Shown: piece by piece, positions 23,751-34,603 of the stretch | How the letters are laid out: each line of letters starts with the position of its first letter | Position numbering within the stretch: position 1 is the first letter of the stretch | Assembly: GCF_000150275.1 (NCBI RefSeq) | Contig: NW_002060952.1 | Location: 2,289,128-2,353,127, forward strand | DNA: 64,000 bases | Source of the DNA: Trichoplax adhaerens | Lineage: Eukaryota; Animalia; Placozoa | Reading direction: 5' to 3' | Notes under the pieces: model-generated | Databases searched by the model: none | Seen by the model: the letters and a program-made list of their open reading frames with translations, nothing else | What the model was told of the DNA's origin: nothing | Position numbers and translations under genes: made by a program

Positions 23751-25004
23751 TTATACATCCGCTTTATTTTCAGAAAGTTCCATTAAAGCGATAGCTCCAT
23801 TCCACTTTGCTCGTTGATCAGCTAAACGTTTCTTAGCTTGTAAACGAGCCGTTTTTTTCTTATCAGGGGCATCCTCAAGCGTATTACTTTGTTGATTTTC
23901 GACCGCTAGTGGTGAAGTAGGTGGTTGTTTTTGCAACCTCTTCAACTGTCTATCTCGGCGCGATTGTTGAAGTTTAGCAAGCCATTGCATGACCAGCGGA
24001 TCATCATTTTGCAATGTGATACTAGCTTCGTCATCATTGCGCTGTAAAGCAGCGTATGGATGATCAGGGCAATGACGATTGGAGTGAGTAAAACGCGAAG
24101 TGCAACCTTGGATAGAGCACATAAATGGTTTTTCACCAGTATGAATGCGTAAATGAGTCTTGAGTTGACCACTTTGAGCAAATGTTTTGCCACAATTGGG
24201 AAAATCACAGACATAAGGGCGTTCACCAGTATGTGTACGCCTATGAGCTTGTAATGATTTCTCGCGAGGAAAAGTGCGTTGGCAGATTTCGCATCGTATT
24301 GTCGATTTGGATTTAGCACCAACACGACGTAGATAAGCAATGTTATCCGTCCTTGGTCGACCTCTTATAATGGTCTTTCCATCATGTTGATCATCTTCCT
24401 TACTTTCTTCATTTTCCACTGAATCACATTGGCTGCTATTGGAACTGCTCTCATTGCTACTTGTTGTCAAAACACTATCCGATCTGGAGTTGATATCATT
24501 TAAACTATTCTTGAAATTAGGCTTATTACTATTGCCATTGGTGCTTTTTTCCATCTTGGGCTGAGATGGCGTATCGGCATACATAGTTTCATTAGCCGAG
24601 AGATAAAGTGAACGTGATTGGACATATTCGATCGTACGTGGATCAATATGATGAAGATTGGCGTTAATATTGAACTTGGAGATGGTGTCATTATTGATAT
24701 GACTAATGGCTGGATTGGGCGTTAAAATTAAGACAGCTCCATTTTGTGCTAAGACTGTATAAAGTGGACCGGCAGCATTGCCATGGCCCAAACTTTTGGC
24801 GGGAAGACCCATCAAGCCGTTATAACAGAGCGGTATACTACTTGTGTAATAATAATTAGATGGCCAAGGACCCTTTAAATCACTGCCTAAACAACTTTGA
24901 AAAGCAACATCGCGCTCTTTATCGACCTTGGCAATGCCATTCGGCGGGAAATAAACCATTTCTGCGGTATCAATCATTCTAAATGCAAAATATTCATTCA
25001 TCAT
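23751..25004 (-). CDS. ZNF367: C2H2 zinc finger protein ZNF367 ortholog, single coding exon
   Basis: The ORF contains RGRPR...[82 protein letters not shown] and C-terminal GAIALMELS, all ZNF367 signatures. First ATG at 25004; a splice-acceptor-like ttgcag at ~25023 suggests a 5'UTR intron. Confidence 0.93.
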   Translation of the reverse strand: MMNEYFAFRMIDTAEMVYFPPNGIAKVDKERDVAFQSCLGSDLKGPWPSNYYYTSSIPLCYNGLMGLPAKSLGHGNAAGPLYTVLAQNGAVLILTPNPAISHINNDTISKFNINANLHHIDPRTIEYVQSRSLYLSANETMYADTPSQPKMEKSTNGNSNKPNFKNSLNDINSRSDSVLTTSSNESSSNSSQCDSVENEESKEDDQHDGKTIIRGRPRTDNIAYLRRVGAKSKSTIRCEICQRTFPREKSLQAHRRTHTGERPYVCDFPNCGKTFAQSGQLKTHLRIHTGEKPFMCSIQGCTSRFTHSNRHCPDHPYAALQRNDDEASITLQNDDPLVMQWLAKLQQSRRDRQLKRLQKQPPTSPLAVENQQSNTLEDAPDKKKTARLQAKKRLADQRAKWNGAIALMELSENKADV

Positions 25005-27246
25005 CTCATTAGCATTAGAATACTGCAATTAGAAAGTTAAAAGGTCATTTAAATCATAAATCAACAACATGGAGTGGTCGACTGCGCAGTGCGCAGTGAC
25101 CACTTTACTGTACAGTGTACAGTAGAACTTCTAGAAACTTCCGTTGTAGTACTGTAGACTTGGTACTGTGGTCATGGTGAGCTATCAGCACCCCATCACA
25201 CGTTTCAATGTTTGTATACGTTAGTAAGAGCTCCAGCGGTGTACCGTACAAATGATACTACATGGAGTTACGGACTGCTGGAAATTTCCAGCACCCACTG
25301 CACTGTACCAGTAGACGAAATCGCCAAAGCCTTTCATCATTATTGTACTGTACTGTACAGTATAACCGGCGTGGCGTATTCGTTAGTATTAATTAGTGAA
25401 CAGTCAATAAATTATAATTTCCATGAATGGAATTAATGCGATGTCATTATTGATCAGCAAGTAGTATGGAGACATAGAGTAAATCAATGTTGATATCATG
25501 GTTAAAATTAACAATTTTTTCAATCACTTTGATAATACGATATTCAAAATCATGCAACCAAGATTATGCTAGTACTAGACATCCGATTTCATGATACTTG
25601 AAATGATTGATTATGGCAGATTTCAACTGACCTTGTAATCGTTCCAAGTAACGAATAGTTCCAATGGTCTAGTTTCAACTGGATAATCACTTCTGGTTCA
25701 GAATTAAATGGTAAATCGCAATCGATAACAACTGTCGTACGTAGTGATGCAAATGTGGTAACGTCTTGAAAAGCAATTTGGAATGCAGAACGCCCAATTT
25801 ATATCATCCTGCTGTCGGATTTCTTTCCGTATAATGTTTACGTAATAGCGGTAAACAAAGCATCTATAATGCGTAAGCATTGTGTGCTAAAAATGATGCA
25901 TGATGTCATCATTGATACCCTATGCTGTTATCTTTGCGCCAGTAAATAAATTCAATTCAATTCAATTGAAAGGTCTTTCCAATCTTATATAGTAACCGCA
26001 TACAGTAATTGATCCTTTCGACGATGACAGTAGCGATATGCAAGAGTCACCTTGACGCCATATCATTACTTAAAAAGAAAATTAAAAATTCACCGAGAAG
26101 TATAGTATGTCATATACAGTACATTGAATAGTCCAAATTTGTTATAACTTGTATCAGCCTGTGCCAATAAGTACCATCGCCACTAATCACCTGTGATGTA
26201 CGCAAATCATGATCAGTATTACTTCAGTTTATAGAGTGGCCAACTTTCTATCTTCTGACCATTTTAGCTATCATCAATTGATAAGCTCATTTTTCGCTTC
26301 AGCGGCTAACATGGATGGTATCGCCGTCAAGTCTACAGTAGATCATTTTAATGAGTTTTATAATAAGATTTATTTTTTATTTTTTATCAGATTTCATTTT
26401 CCAAAAACTACGCTAAATTGCTATAATTACCGTAAATATACAAACGTGTTTGAAATGAGGTATTGATCATTTTTGAATTAAATGATGTAATCACTAATCA
26501 GCAGTCATCACGAGTTTTCATTCCCGTGTCATGTATTGTAAAACGTAGGCAAGTGAACAATTATAATTAGTCGTATTAATTATCCATGAACTCTTATAAC
26601 TTCCGCTGCAGATCCATTGACAGTGCATGTAGACTTGTACACTCTAGTACGGCAAAATGAATGATATCACTGTAATTTCTCCAAGGCATGAAAATATAAA
26701 TATATACAATATACTGCGCCTAATTAAAACGTATCTCAATGCGGAGATATTGATGTACAGTAATTTGGGGCCAGTATGTTGTCGAGATTACTATACTGTC
26801 ATGTACAGTCCTGTAAATAGGATGGATATATCTAGTAGGTATAGAACTGTACAACTGTACTTCACATTGTACAATTTATTCCTGTATCTCCATCAAAGTA
26901 TTTTTTCATTGCTACCAAGTAAAAGCACAGAGAAGGAATCAATCTGTACCATCCTGAATTCTATATTCAAAATATTTTATCAGATTATACTACTGTACGA
27001 TATTTTATCTATTTTTTAGAGAGTTATTTCCGTCCAAATTGAAACGCCACTGATCAGGGAAAGTGAGTACAGTCAGTACCGTGTACTGTATCGTACTGCG
27101 GCGAATCTGCAAACGTGGCATTGCCGGGTCCGGGTTAGCCCAGGGTATGGGCTTTAAAGTTTTGCACTCAAACAAAAGAAAGAAACAACAATGATCCAGC
27201 CATAAGGTGTGATTAGGTGTGTGGTATGTTGAATGTCGACTCATTG

Positions 27247-27254
27247 TGACGTCA
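27247..27254. promoter_or_regulatory. Perfect CRE palindrome TGACGTCA upstream of ZNF367
   Basis: Exact motif, next to a locally GC-rich patch (27040-27160); function unproven. Confidence 0.25.
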
Positions 27255-27454
27255 TTGTATTTTGCTGGAAACACCTTTTAAATAATAATAATTCACAGAA
27301 TAAGAAGAGTTTATTAGTCACCTGCTATAAATATAACTTACGCTTTAATTTGACTATAAAGTCGCCTCTTTTCAACATTTACCTATGACTACTGTATTGT
27401 ATGACGGGCGTGGATCCATACAGTATAGGATGGTCACATTACAGGGGCATAAGC

Positions 27455-27690
27455 TATCGTATGATTTCATGGAAAGTCTAATCTTGTCGCATAGGCACAA
27501 ATTACATCATAGGAATGCTGATTATACTGTATACATCATAAGAATTCTATTCATAAGCCAATTTGGATAGTATCATTGTATGATTTCATGGAAAGTCTGA
27601 TCTTGTCGCATAGGCACAAATTACATCATAGGAATGCTGATTATATAGGTCATAAGAATTCTATTTATAAGTCAATTTGGATAATATCAC
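27455..27690. repeat. ~118-bp direct tandem duplication
   Basis: gtatgatttcatggaaagtct.atcttgtcgcataggcacaaattacatcataggaatgctgattata...cataagaattctatt.ataag.caatttggata.tatca occurs twice. Confidence 0.92.
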
Positions 27691-30089
27691 TGTCATGCAA
27701 TAATATCAATGCATAAACAATTTGCAAATAGAGACAAGTTGGAGAGTTCTTTATACTCGTACAGTAAGTTGCTAGGCGGTATAGACTACAGTAAATAACT
27801 GCATCGTCACAGAATCTCGTATAAAACACCATGAGCTCGCTAAATACAATTAAGATTACCCTTGTTTAAGCGAGCTAGGCACTCTATGCATTAAGCTAGT
27901 GTGCAGAATTGCGTACTCTACAACATACGCACAACGGCCTTTTTGCATACTCCGGTTTTGAGTAGTCCCTGCACAAATAAAGCGTAAAATAGTTTCTTAG
28001 TCATGGTATAGGGTTAAGAGTTCATGCATGCCTTTATCAATTCATTGAAAAGCATTCCAAATATGGTACTGGCTTGCAATGTTTACAGGATCACAGTCAG
28101 CGATATCCACCTGTACTCGCCATGATGCTGTATTATTACGAATTTGAAAGTAATGAGTTGTAATCTATCAACGAAGTGACAGGACGTTAAGCTGCTGTAG
28201 TATCAATGAATCTGTCCATTTCAAAATACAATCCAAACCATAAAATGTTCATAGCAAATACTGTACATATACCACAGTAAATGCATAATTCTGATGATAT
28301 CGAATTCATTGATGCCCTTGTTAATACTTGATAATACAGGATTAGTTCAGAAATACATTTATAGCACCATTTGGTCAACACTAGGTCTGTTAAAATGACA
28401 ACATTGGACAATACGAATACTGTACGCGTATTACCATATTTGGTCAGATTGTATTGTACACTGTAGTATATATGTACAGTACGCAGACGTGACTGTGCGG
28501 GCGTGTACAGTACGTATACAGCATGTGAGTAATTTTAATTTTAATGACCATCTCAGCTGATTCTCATCCGACCTAAGCTAGTAATCCATGCCTAAGCGGA
28601 TTACGGTACTGCATATCCATACTTTCCATTTTAAACAGTAACGATATATCTTAGCTAGGAACTAATTACGATATATAATTAATTTGTTATGATTATGTTA
28701 TATTTAAAATACTTTTTGCGGGTGTCTATCTAATTCCCCTCATAGAATTGCAACATACTGTAGGCGTAATTAATTCGCAACTTTTCAGGTCTTTCATGGT
28801 TCGGTATTAGGATAATATACGGTGCGTTTGTCTTTCTATTTTCTTATAAATATACGTATAGTGTTATCTAGCCGATATATATTATGTCAATGCTACAGAA
28901 AGCTATACAAGTATCAGTTCGGTGACAGTCAATTTTGTAGAGTCAAAATGACGTCGACCTAATTAGTGTACGGATGTACAATGTTAATGCTGTAAGTTAA
29001 GTTTAGTAAGAAATAACATCGTAGTTTGATATGAAAAAAATTAGTAATCTATCACCAGTTTCATTCCGTAAGAAATATCTAATATCGAAACTAATCAATA
29101 AAGAAAGATAGTGGTACAGGAAATCTGGAGCACAGAGGGCGTAAGGACAACTTGGCAGAGTTAGCTCTTTACTTTCACAAAACAACACAAATAATGATAG
29201 TTAAAATAAATAAAATCTGATCATGCAACATTATTATTTCTTCCATAACTGGAGATCCTGCATCTTGAAATCTTTTTGCAGTTAATACGACTGATCTTCA
29301 GAGTTGCATACGGACTCTTTTACTCGTATAATCATACTCTACTTATCTTTGGAGTTATGTACCATAGCTTAGCTTACTGAGTCCTATTTGGGTGATAGTA
29401 CGTATAATAAAAACGTACTACAGCATACTAATGAATGAATAATATCATTATCAGATGCATGTATGCTAAATAATTAGTTCAGATCAGTTCGTAATGCTGC
29501 ACTTATCATTTCTATTGTACGAATGTTGTCCAATTGATAGCTCCTAATAGCTTAAGCTATGGGTAAGACGCCTTTGCAAAAACGGCATCCATCATTCGAT
29601 AGGCTTTTATTTCGTATTGCGATTGTGTAGGTTTGATATTGGTATGCATGTCACACACCACTAGTGACAAAGTAGTCTACACACGCCAATCCTTGCGGAG
29701 AACGCCACTTACTAACTTAAAGAGGCGAGATTAGCTATATCACCAAATAATTCAGTTCCAACGACCGAATACTATGGTACAATTATAGCGTCACAGATGA
29801 TGTAGACGAGATAGTCAGAGATTTACTATCATTTATTACTGAAGGAATCTTGGCACCCAAGATTATAGTCTTTACAATTAAATATCAATTGAAAAACTAG
29901 TTGACTATCTAACCGACTAACGAACTAAAAAGGAATCTTCAGGCACCAGCCTTTTATAGTCTCGTCAGAAACTCCTGGTAATGCATCAAAGGTTTATTAC
30001 ACTATACTAATGGAGTTCCACCACTGCTGACGCATTCAATCTTGAATATACAGTACAATAAATATATGTACTGTACAGTAGTATACCGT

Positions 30090-30382
30090 ACACAGTGGTG
30101 GACATGCATACCTCCAAACTTAATTCAATAGACTCGAAGAAGAACGTATCATCGTTTTAAGCTATGGACGCTGAGTATGTGAGTCATCGGGGTTATTATG
30201 AACGGCCTACACTACAGTACACAGTGGACATGGATACCTGTAAACTTAAATTCAGTAGACTCCTGGAATAATGAATGTATCATCGTTTTAAGCTATTGAC
30301 GCTGAGTACGTGAGTCATCGGGGTTATTATGGACGGGCCTTACACTACAGTACACAGTGGACATGTATACCTGCAAACTTCA
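30090..30382. repeat. ~130-bp tandem repeat x2.2
   Basis: cacagtggacatg.atacct..aaactt...gtatcatcgttttaagctat.gacgctgagta.gtgagtcatcggg.ttattatg.acgg.cct.acactacagta repeated. Confidence 0.9.
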
Positions 30383-31354
30383 TTTAAACACAACAGATTC
30401 TGAAATCATTTAACTTTAGGTCAATTTGTAGTCAATGAGCTTGTACGATCCCGGAAATTACATCAATTGAACTACTAATTGCTCGTACTTGCGTACCGTG
30501 TCCTCAAATGACGATCATGAGTAGGATATGAGCGCAGAGTTGATATAAGAAGCGATTGCACGGTTTTGATATGTGCTGACAAAATTGTCTGTGAATTCAT
30601 GGAATAAAGGAAAAGTTTCAAGTTTTGTCCGATACAATCCATACTGAATCTAGTTCCACTGTGCAGTCATATTTTGCATTGCCACTGTGCCTTCATAATT
30701 TGCATTGACTTATTTGATTGATATTCCATATGACGACGGGCATTTAAATCAATTTTCCAATTTTTTTTCCCCAACGACAGTACTGACTAGTGTCCTGACT
30801 GGTGTACTGACTACTGTTCTGTACAGTACAGTACAGTATGTACAATACAGTAATGCAGTAATCAAAATTACTAGTACAAGCTCACGTTGCTTTGCTGACG
30901 GCTTATGATAATGTACTTATTTGTTAATAATTAACAGATAGTATTACCATTCGACGTTATTTATATCCCGGTAATAGCTAGGCATGACGATATTCACAGC
31001 TATGCTTGTAGAATACTACTTTTCAATAATGCATTGACGGATGAAATGCTATATTAAGATTAGTTGATGGTCCAAAGCACATTATGCTAACTAATATACG
31101 GTGATGGACATACCAAGTTAAGATTAGCAGGTACTGTAAGATATCGGTACAATGTCCTTAGTACTGTGGTCAATTCTATACCAATCATTAGAATGTGTCT
31201 AAGGATTGCTTGAGTATGCAAGCAAAACTTGCTCTGTCGATAGCAACCGTTATAAGAAAATGTAGCAATCAAAATGGCTATGTAGAAAACTCTTTAAAGA
31301 TTCTATGTTTACTCAATTTTCATCAGAATATTACATCGAATCAAATCACCGTCG

Positions 31355-31760
31355 ACAGTACTGTAGTCTACACTACAGACTGTAAGGGTTTGTACTGTAG
31401 TCTATAGTACAGTACTGTACTGTACAGTACTCAAGAAAAAAAAAAATCAACCGTACTGTACAGTACTGCATGCAAATGGCGTTAGTTTGTGCGCAGCTGC
31501 GGGATACGATCATACCGTACCGTACTGTACTGTACTTTACAGTACAGTATACTGTATGCTGAGTATCCAGTACTGTACTGTACTGGACACACCATGGAAT
31601 AAATGAGGGGGGGGGGTGGAAATTGAGGTAAAGAACTGCCAGGGACTGTCGTACTGAAACAACTGAAAACATTGGTACTGGAGTCAACATCTTTTTGCAT
31701 CTCGATGGCACAGTAGACTGCCCCGTACCACTGTACTTGAGTACTATATACTGTTCAGTA
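31355..31760. repeat. Dense cluster of (TACTG)n/(CAGTA)n pentamer motifs upstream of SERBP1
   Basis: e.g. gtacagtactgtactgtacagtac (31407-31430) and gtaccgtactgtactgtactttacagtacagtatactgta (31517-31556), plus a G10 run at ~31607. Confidence 0.75.
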
Positions 31761-31803
31761 CATTACTTGAAAATAAGTAGTTGTAACCAAGGATAACGCT
31801 AGT

Positions 31804-31811
31804 CCACGTGG
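31804..31811. promoter_or_regulatory. Extended E-box CCACGTGG about 220 bp upstream of the SERBP1 ATG
   Basis: Exact Myc/Max-type motif near the presumed promoter; function inferred. Confidence 0.3.
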
Positions 31812-32030
31812 CTCGTATACGCATGGATCCACGCTTGAAGTCTATCGTACCGTTGGAGATGGCCTACAATGCCATCCTAGCAGATCGCCAAGGAAGCACT
31901 ATAGCCTGCGATCATACAAACAACGAAGCTGACAAGCTCTGCTTTGAGCACTCATGCGCCATATTTGGTAGGTTGTAGAATCACGCTTTTGAATCCATCC
32001 AATATCGCCGTTAATCGGTGACAACCGAAG

Positions 32031-34603
32031 ATGGAAGAGGAAAACAATTTATTACAAGGAAATCGATTTGCCCTTTTGCTGAGTACTGAAGGCGAAGACG
32101 GTGGAGAAAGGATTTTACGGCAAAAGAAAGATGTTAAAGTAGAAAAGAAGATTGCTACTACGCCTGCTGTAGGCAGCAAGCAGAAAGTGATGGATCAATC
32201 GTCCAGAGCAAGATCAGAGAAGACCAACAAAGCGGAGAATAAAACTGAAAAAAGGACTGATAGACCTCGTACTGGCAAAAGAGAAGGTATTTCTTATCAT
32301 CATTTTTGTTGCACAATTGGGTCTATCGTGTTAGTACGTTGTCATTACACATGTATTGTAGATGGGCAAAGCAGCTAGCATTTCAGTGTTGGTAGGCTAA
32401 CCTTGCTCATTCTTACATCAATTTTGAGTTGATTCGGACATGGAATCGCTGCCTAGCAAAGAGTACAAGCAATCAACGTATTCTTCATGCACTAAAGTAG
32501 ATAGATCCATAACTAGATGGCAGTATCATCGTGCAATAGTAGTTAAAAATGACTGCAAATAGGAAAGAGTTGAACAGAACACGCTGACGATATGGATCAC
32601 ACCCACGATGTTTGAAAATCATTTCAATTTTTTATTTTTGTAGGTCAAAACCAGCGTGGATTTAGCAATCGTGGAAGAGGTCGTGGCGGCGATCGTCGCG
32701 GAGATTACCGTCAGAGAGACGAAGTTTCTAACGGTGTTGGAGAAGGCAACTTTTCAGAAAGTTACAGAGGCCCAAGAGGAGAGCGAGGTGAACGAAGTGA
32801 ACGAGGAGGCGAACGAGGCGGCGGTGAACGTGGTGGCCGCGGTAGAAGAGGTGGTCCTCCTCGTCGCGGACGTGGCGGAATCGCTAGTGGCAGTGGCAGT
32901 GGCAAATTTGCTGGAAAAAGAGAATTCGAACGCCGCTCTGGAAGCTCCAAAACGTAACTCATTGATAGACAGTAATAGCATTCTCATCCAAATTTTACCT
33001 AGTCTGATCACATGTGATATACAATATGTGATCGCCTTACCAATCAACTCGTACTTTAACATATCTCATTTCTTAGCGATATACCTTCGTGTGATGTACT
33101 TTGAATTGACTCAAGGTGATCAAGGAATGCTGATGCTCTTACTATACTCGTATTTATGGACAGCATCATCATCACCTTGTTACCACTGCATGTGAAGTAG
33201 TGTAGTGGTTGCTTATGCAGAGATTGACAATTGCCATGCCGATAATGCAATCATGGTCTAAGTTCAAATAATTTTTTCCAATACTAGTGGTGTCAAGTCC
33301 TTCGAAAAGCGTGAAGGTGGCGGCACACATAATTGGGGCAAACCTAGCGATGATCTGAAAGCAGAGTAAGTTAAAGCAATGTTGTACAGGTCATAACGTG
33401 ATCCATGCTAAATACCTGTGTAGCGTTGGTCAACGATGAGTTTACACCTGTTCGATATTCTTTCTCAGATTACCACTATCTTAATGTTATCCTTTCGTAA
33501 AGATATCATGTTGTATGGATGATGGCCATAGCATCAATCATTTTAGCCTCATTCTTGTAGATCTTACGTTACATTAACTTAAACCATGTGTGCTCGTAGG
33601 GTACTGCACTTACCGCACAATCTTGCAACAACCGATATATGTTATGTTAATGCTGATCAGTAGTACGACTAGTTGAACTCTATTCTTAGTACATTACTAG
33701 ACTGCTTGCAATGCTAGATAAAACCCATTTTAACAATTCACTTTTGATCATACTTGATTCTCAAGCGAAACCAACCAAGTAGGAGGCTGGGGAGATACTC
33801 AAGAGGAATCAAAGAATTGGGATGACAGCACAGAAGAATCTGCAAACTGGGGTGACCAACCTGCAGAAACGCGAGATTGGGGCGATGACAGTGAAAAGTA
33901 AGTGTAGAAATGAAATCTTTGGTGTTTGTCGCGTTATACCTGAATTGATTGAACAAGACAATTTATACGTAAAAGATGTAACCGTTAGATCGGCATCGAG
34001 CTTTATAATCAAACAGTATCACTAGTGATAATCTACTAAAAGTACCAATACAAATCTTAACCGATAGTGTGGAAGACGATCAAGAGGAAGCAATTAGCCA
34101 ACTGACTCTGGATGAATACAAACAGCAACAGGCCAAGTTGAAAGGTAAGCCGGAAAAGAATTTGCGAAGAAGTGGTGAAAACGAAGATCAATCAAAGTGG
34201 AGAAATACTAAGGAACTAGAAAAGGAAGAAGGGGATGATGCCACTGAAAATGCCAAGGTTGAAATCAATTGAAGCATGGAATATTGGTCTATAAATTGCA
34301 ATCCCTTTATTTGTATTAAACTGTATGATCATCATTCTATGCTAGTTCGAAAGACAAGACAGAGGAAAGAGGGAATCATATCGCAATCAGAAAAACTTAA
34401 CAGATCAGGTAGAGATCAATCTGCAACCTCGCCATGACGGTGGATCACGAGGTCGCGGTGGGCGCCGAGGCGGCCGTAGCCGTGGTAGAGGACGTGGCCG
34501 AGGTGACTTCCATGGTCGCAATGGAAATGATCACTTTAACAGAGATCGCCGGGAAGCGGCCCCAGACGTCAGCAATGAGCTAGAATTTCCTGCATTGGCT
34601 TAA
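32031..34603 (+). CDS. SERBP1: SERBP1/HABP4 (PAI-RBP1, vig-like) RGG RNA-binding ribosome-hibernation factor, 6 exons
   Basis: Exons 32031-32287, 32644-32953, 33288-33365, 33766-33897, 34068-34257, 34346-34603: NRFALL...RGG-rich...GKREFERRSGSSKTGVKSFEKREGGGTHNWG...LTLDEYK...RGRGGRRGGRSRGRGRGRG...APDVSNELEFPALA*. Confidence 0.95.

Noticed and set aside
23942-24340. 132-aa alternative-frame ORF
   Set aside because: Shadow frame of the ZNF367 zinc-finger region.
27455-27690. Tandem C/D snoRNA pair (ATGATTT...CTGA)
   Set aside because: The C-box has two mismatches, there is no terminal stem and no host intron is evident; treated as a simple duplication.
31373-31711. YSTV/YCTVQ-rich ORFs
   Set aside because: Translations of the TACTG/CAGTA motif cluster.
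32656-33195. 179-aa Ala/Val/Glu-rich ORF and antisense ORFs
   Set aside because: Off-frame readings of the RGG exon of SERBP1 running into intron 2.
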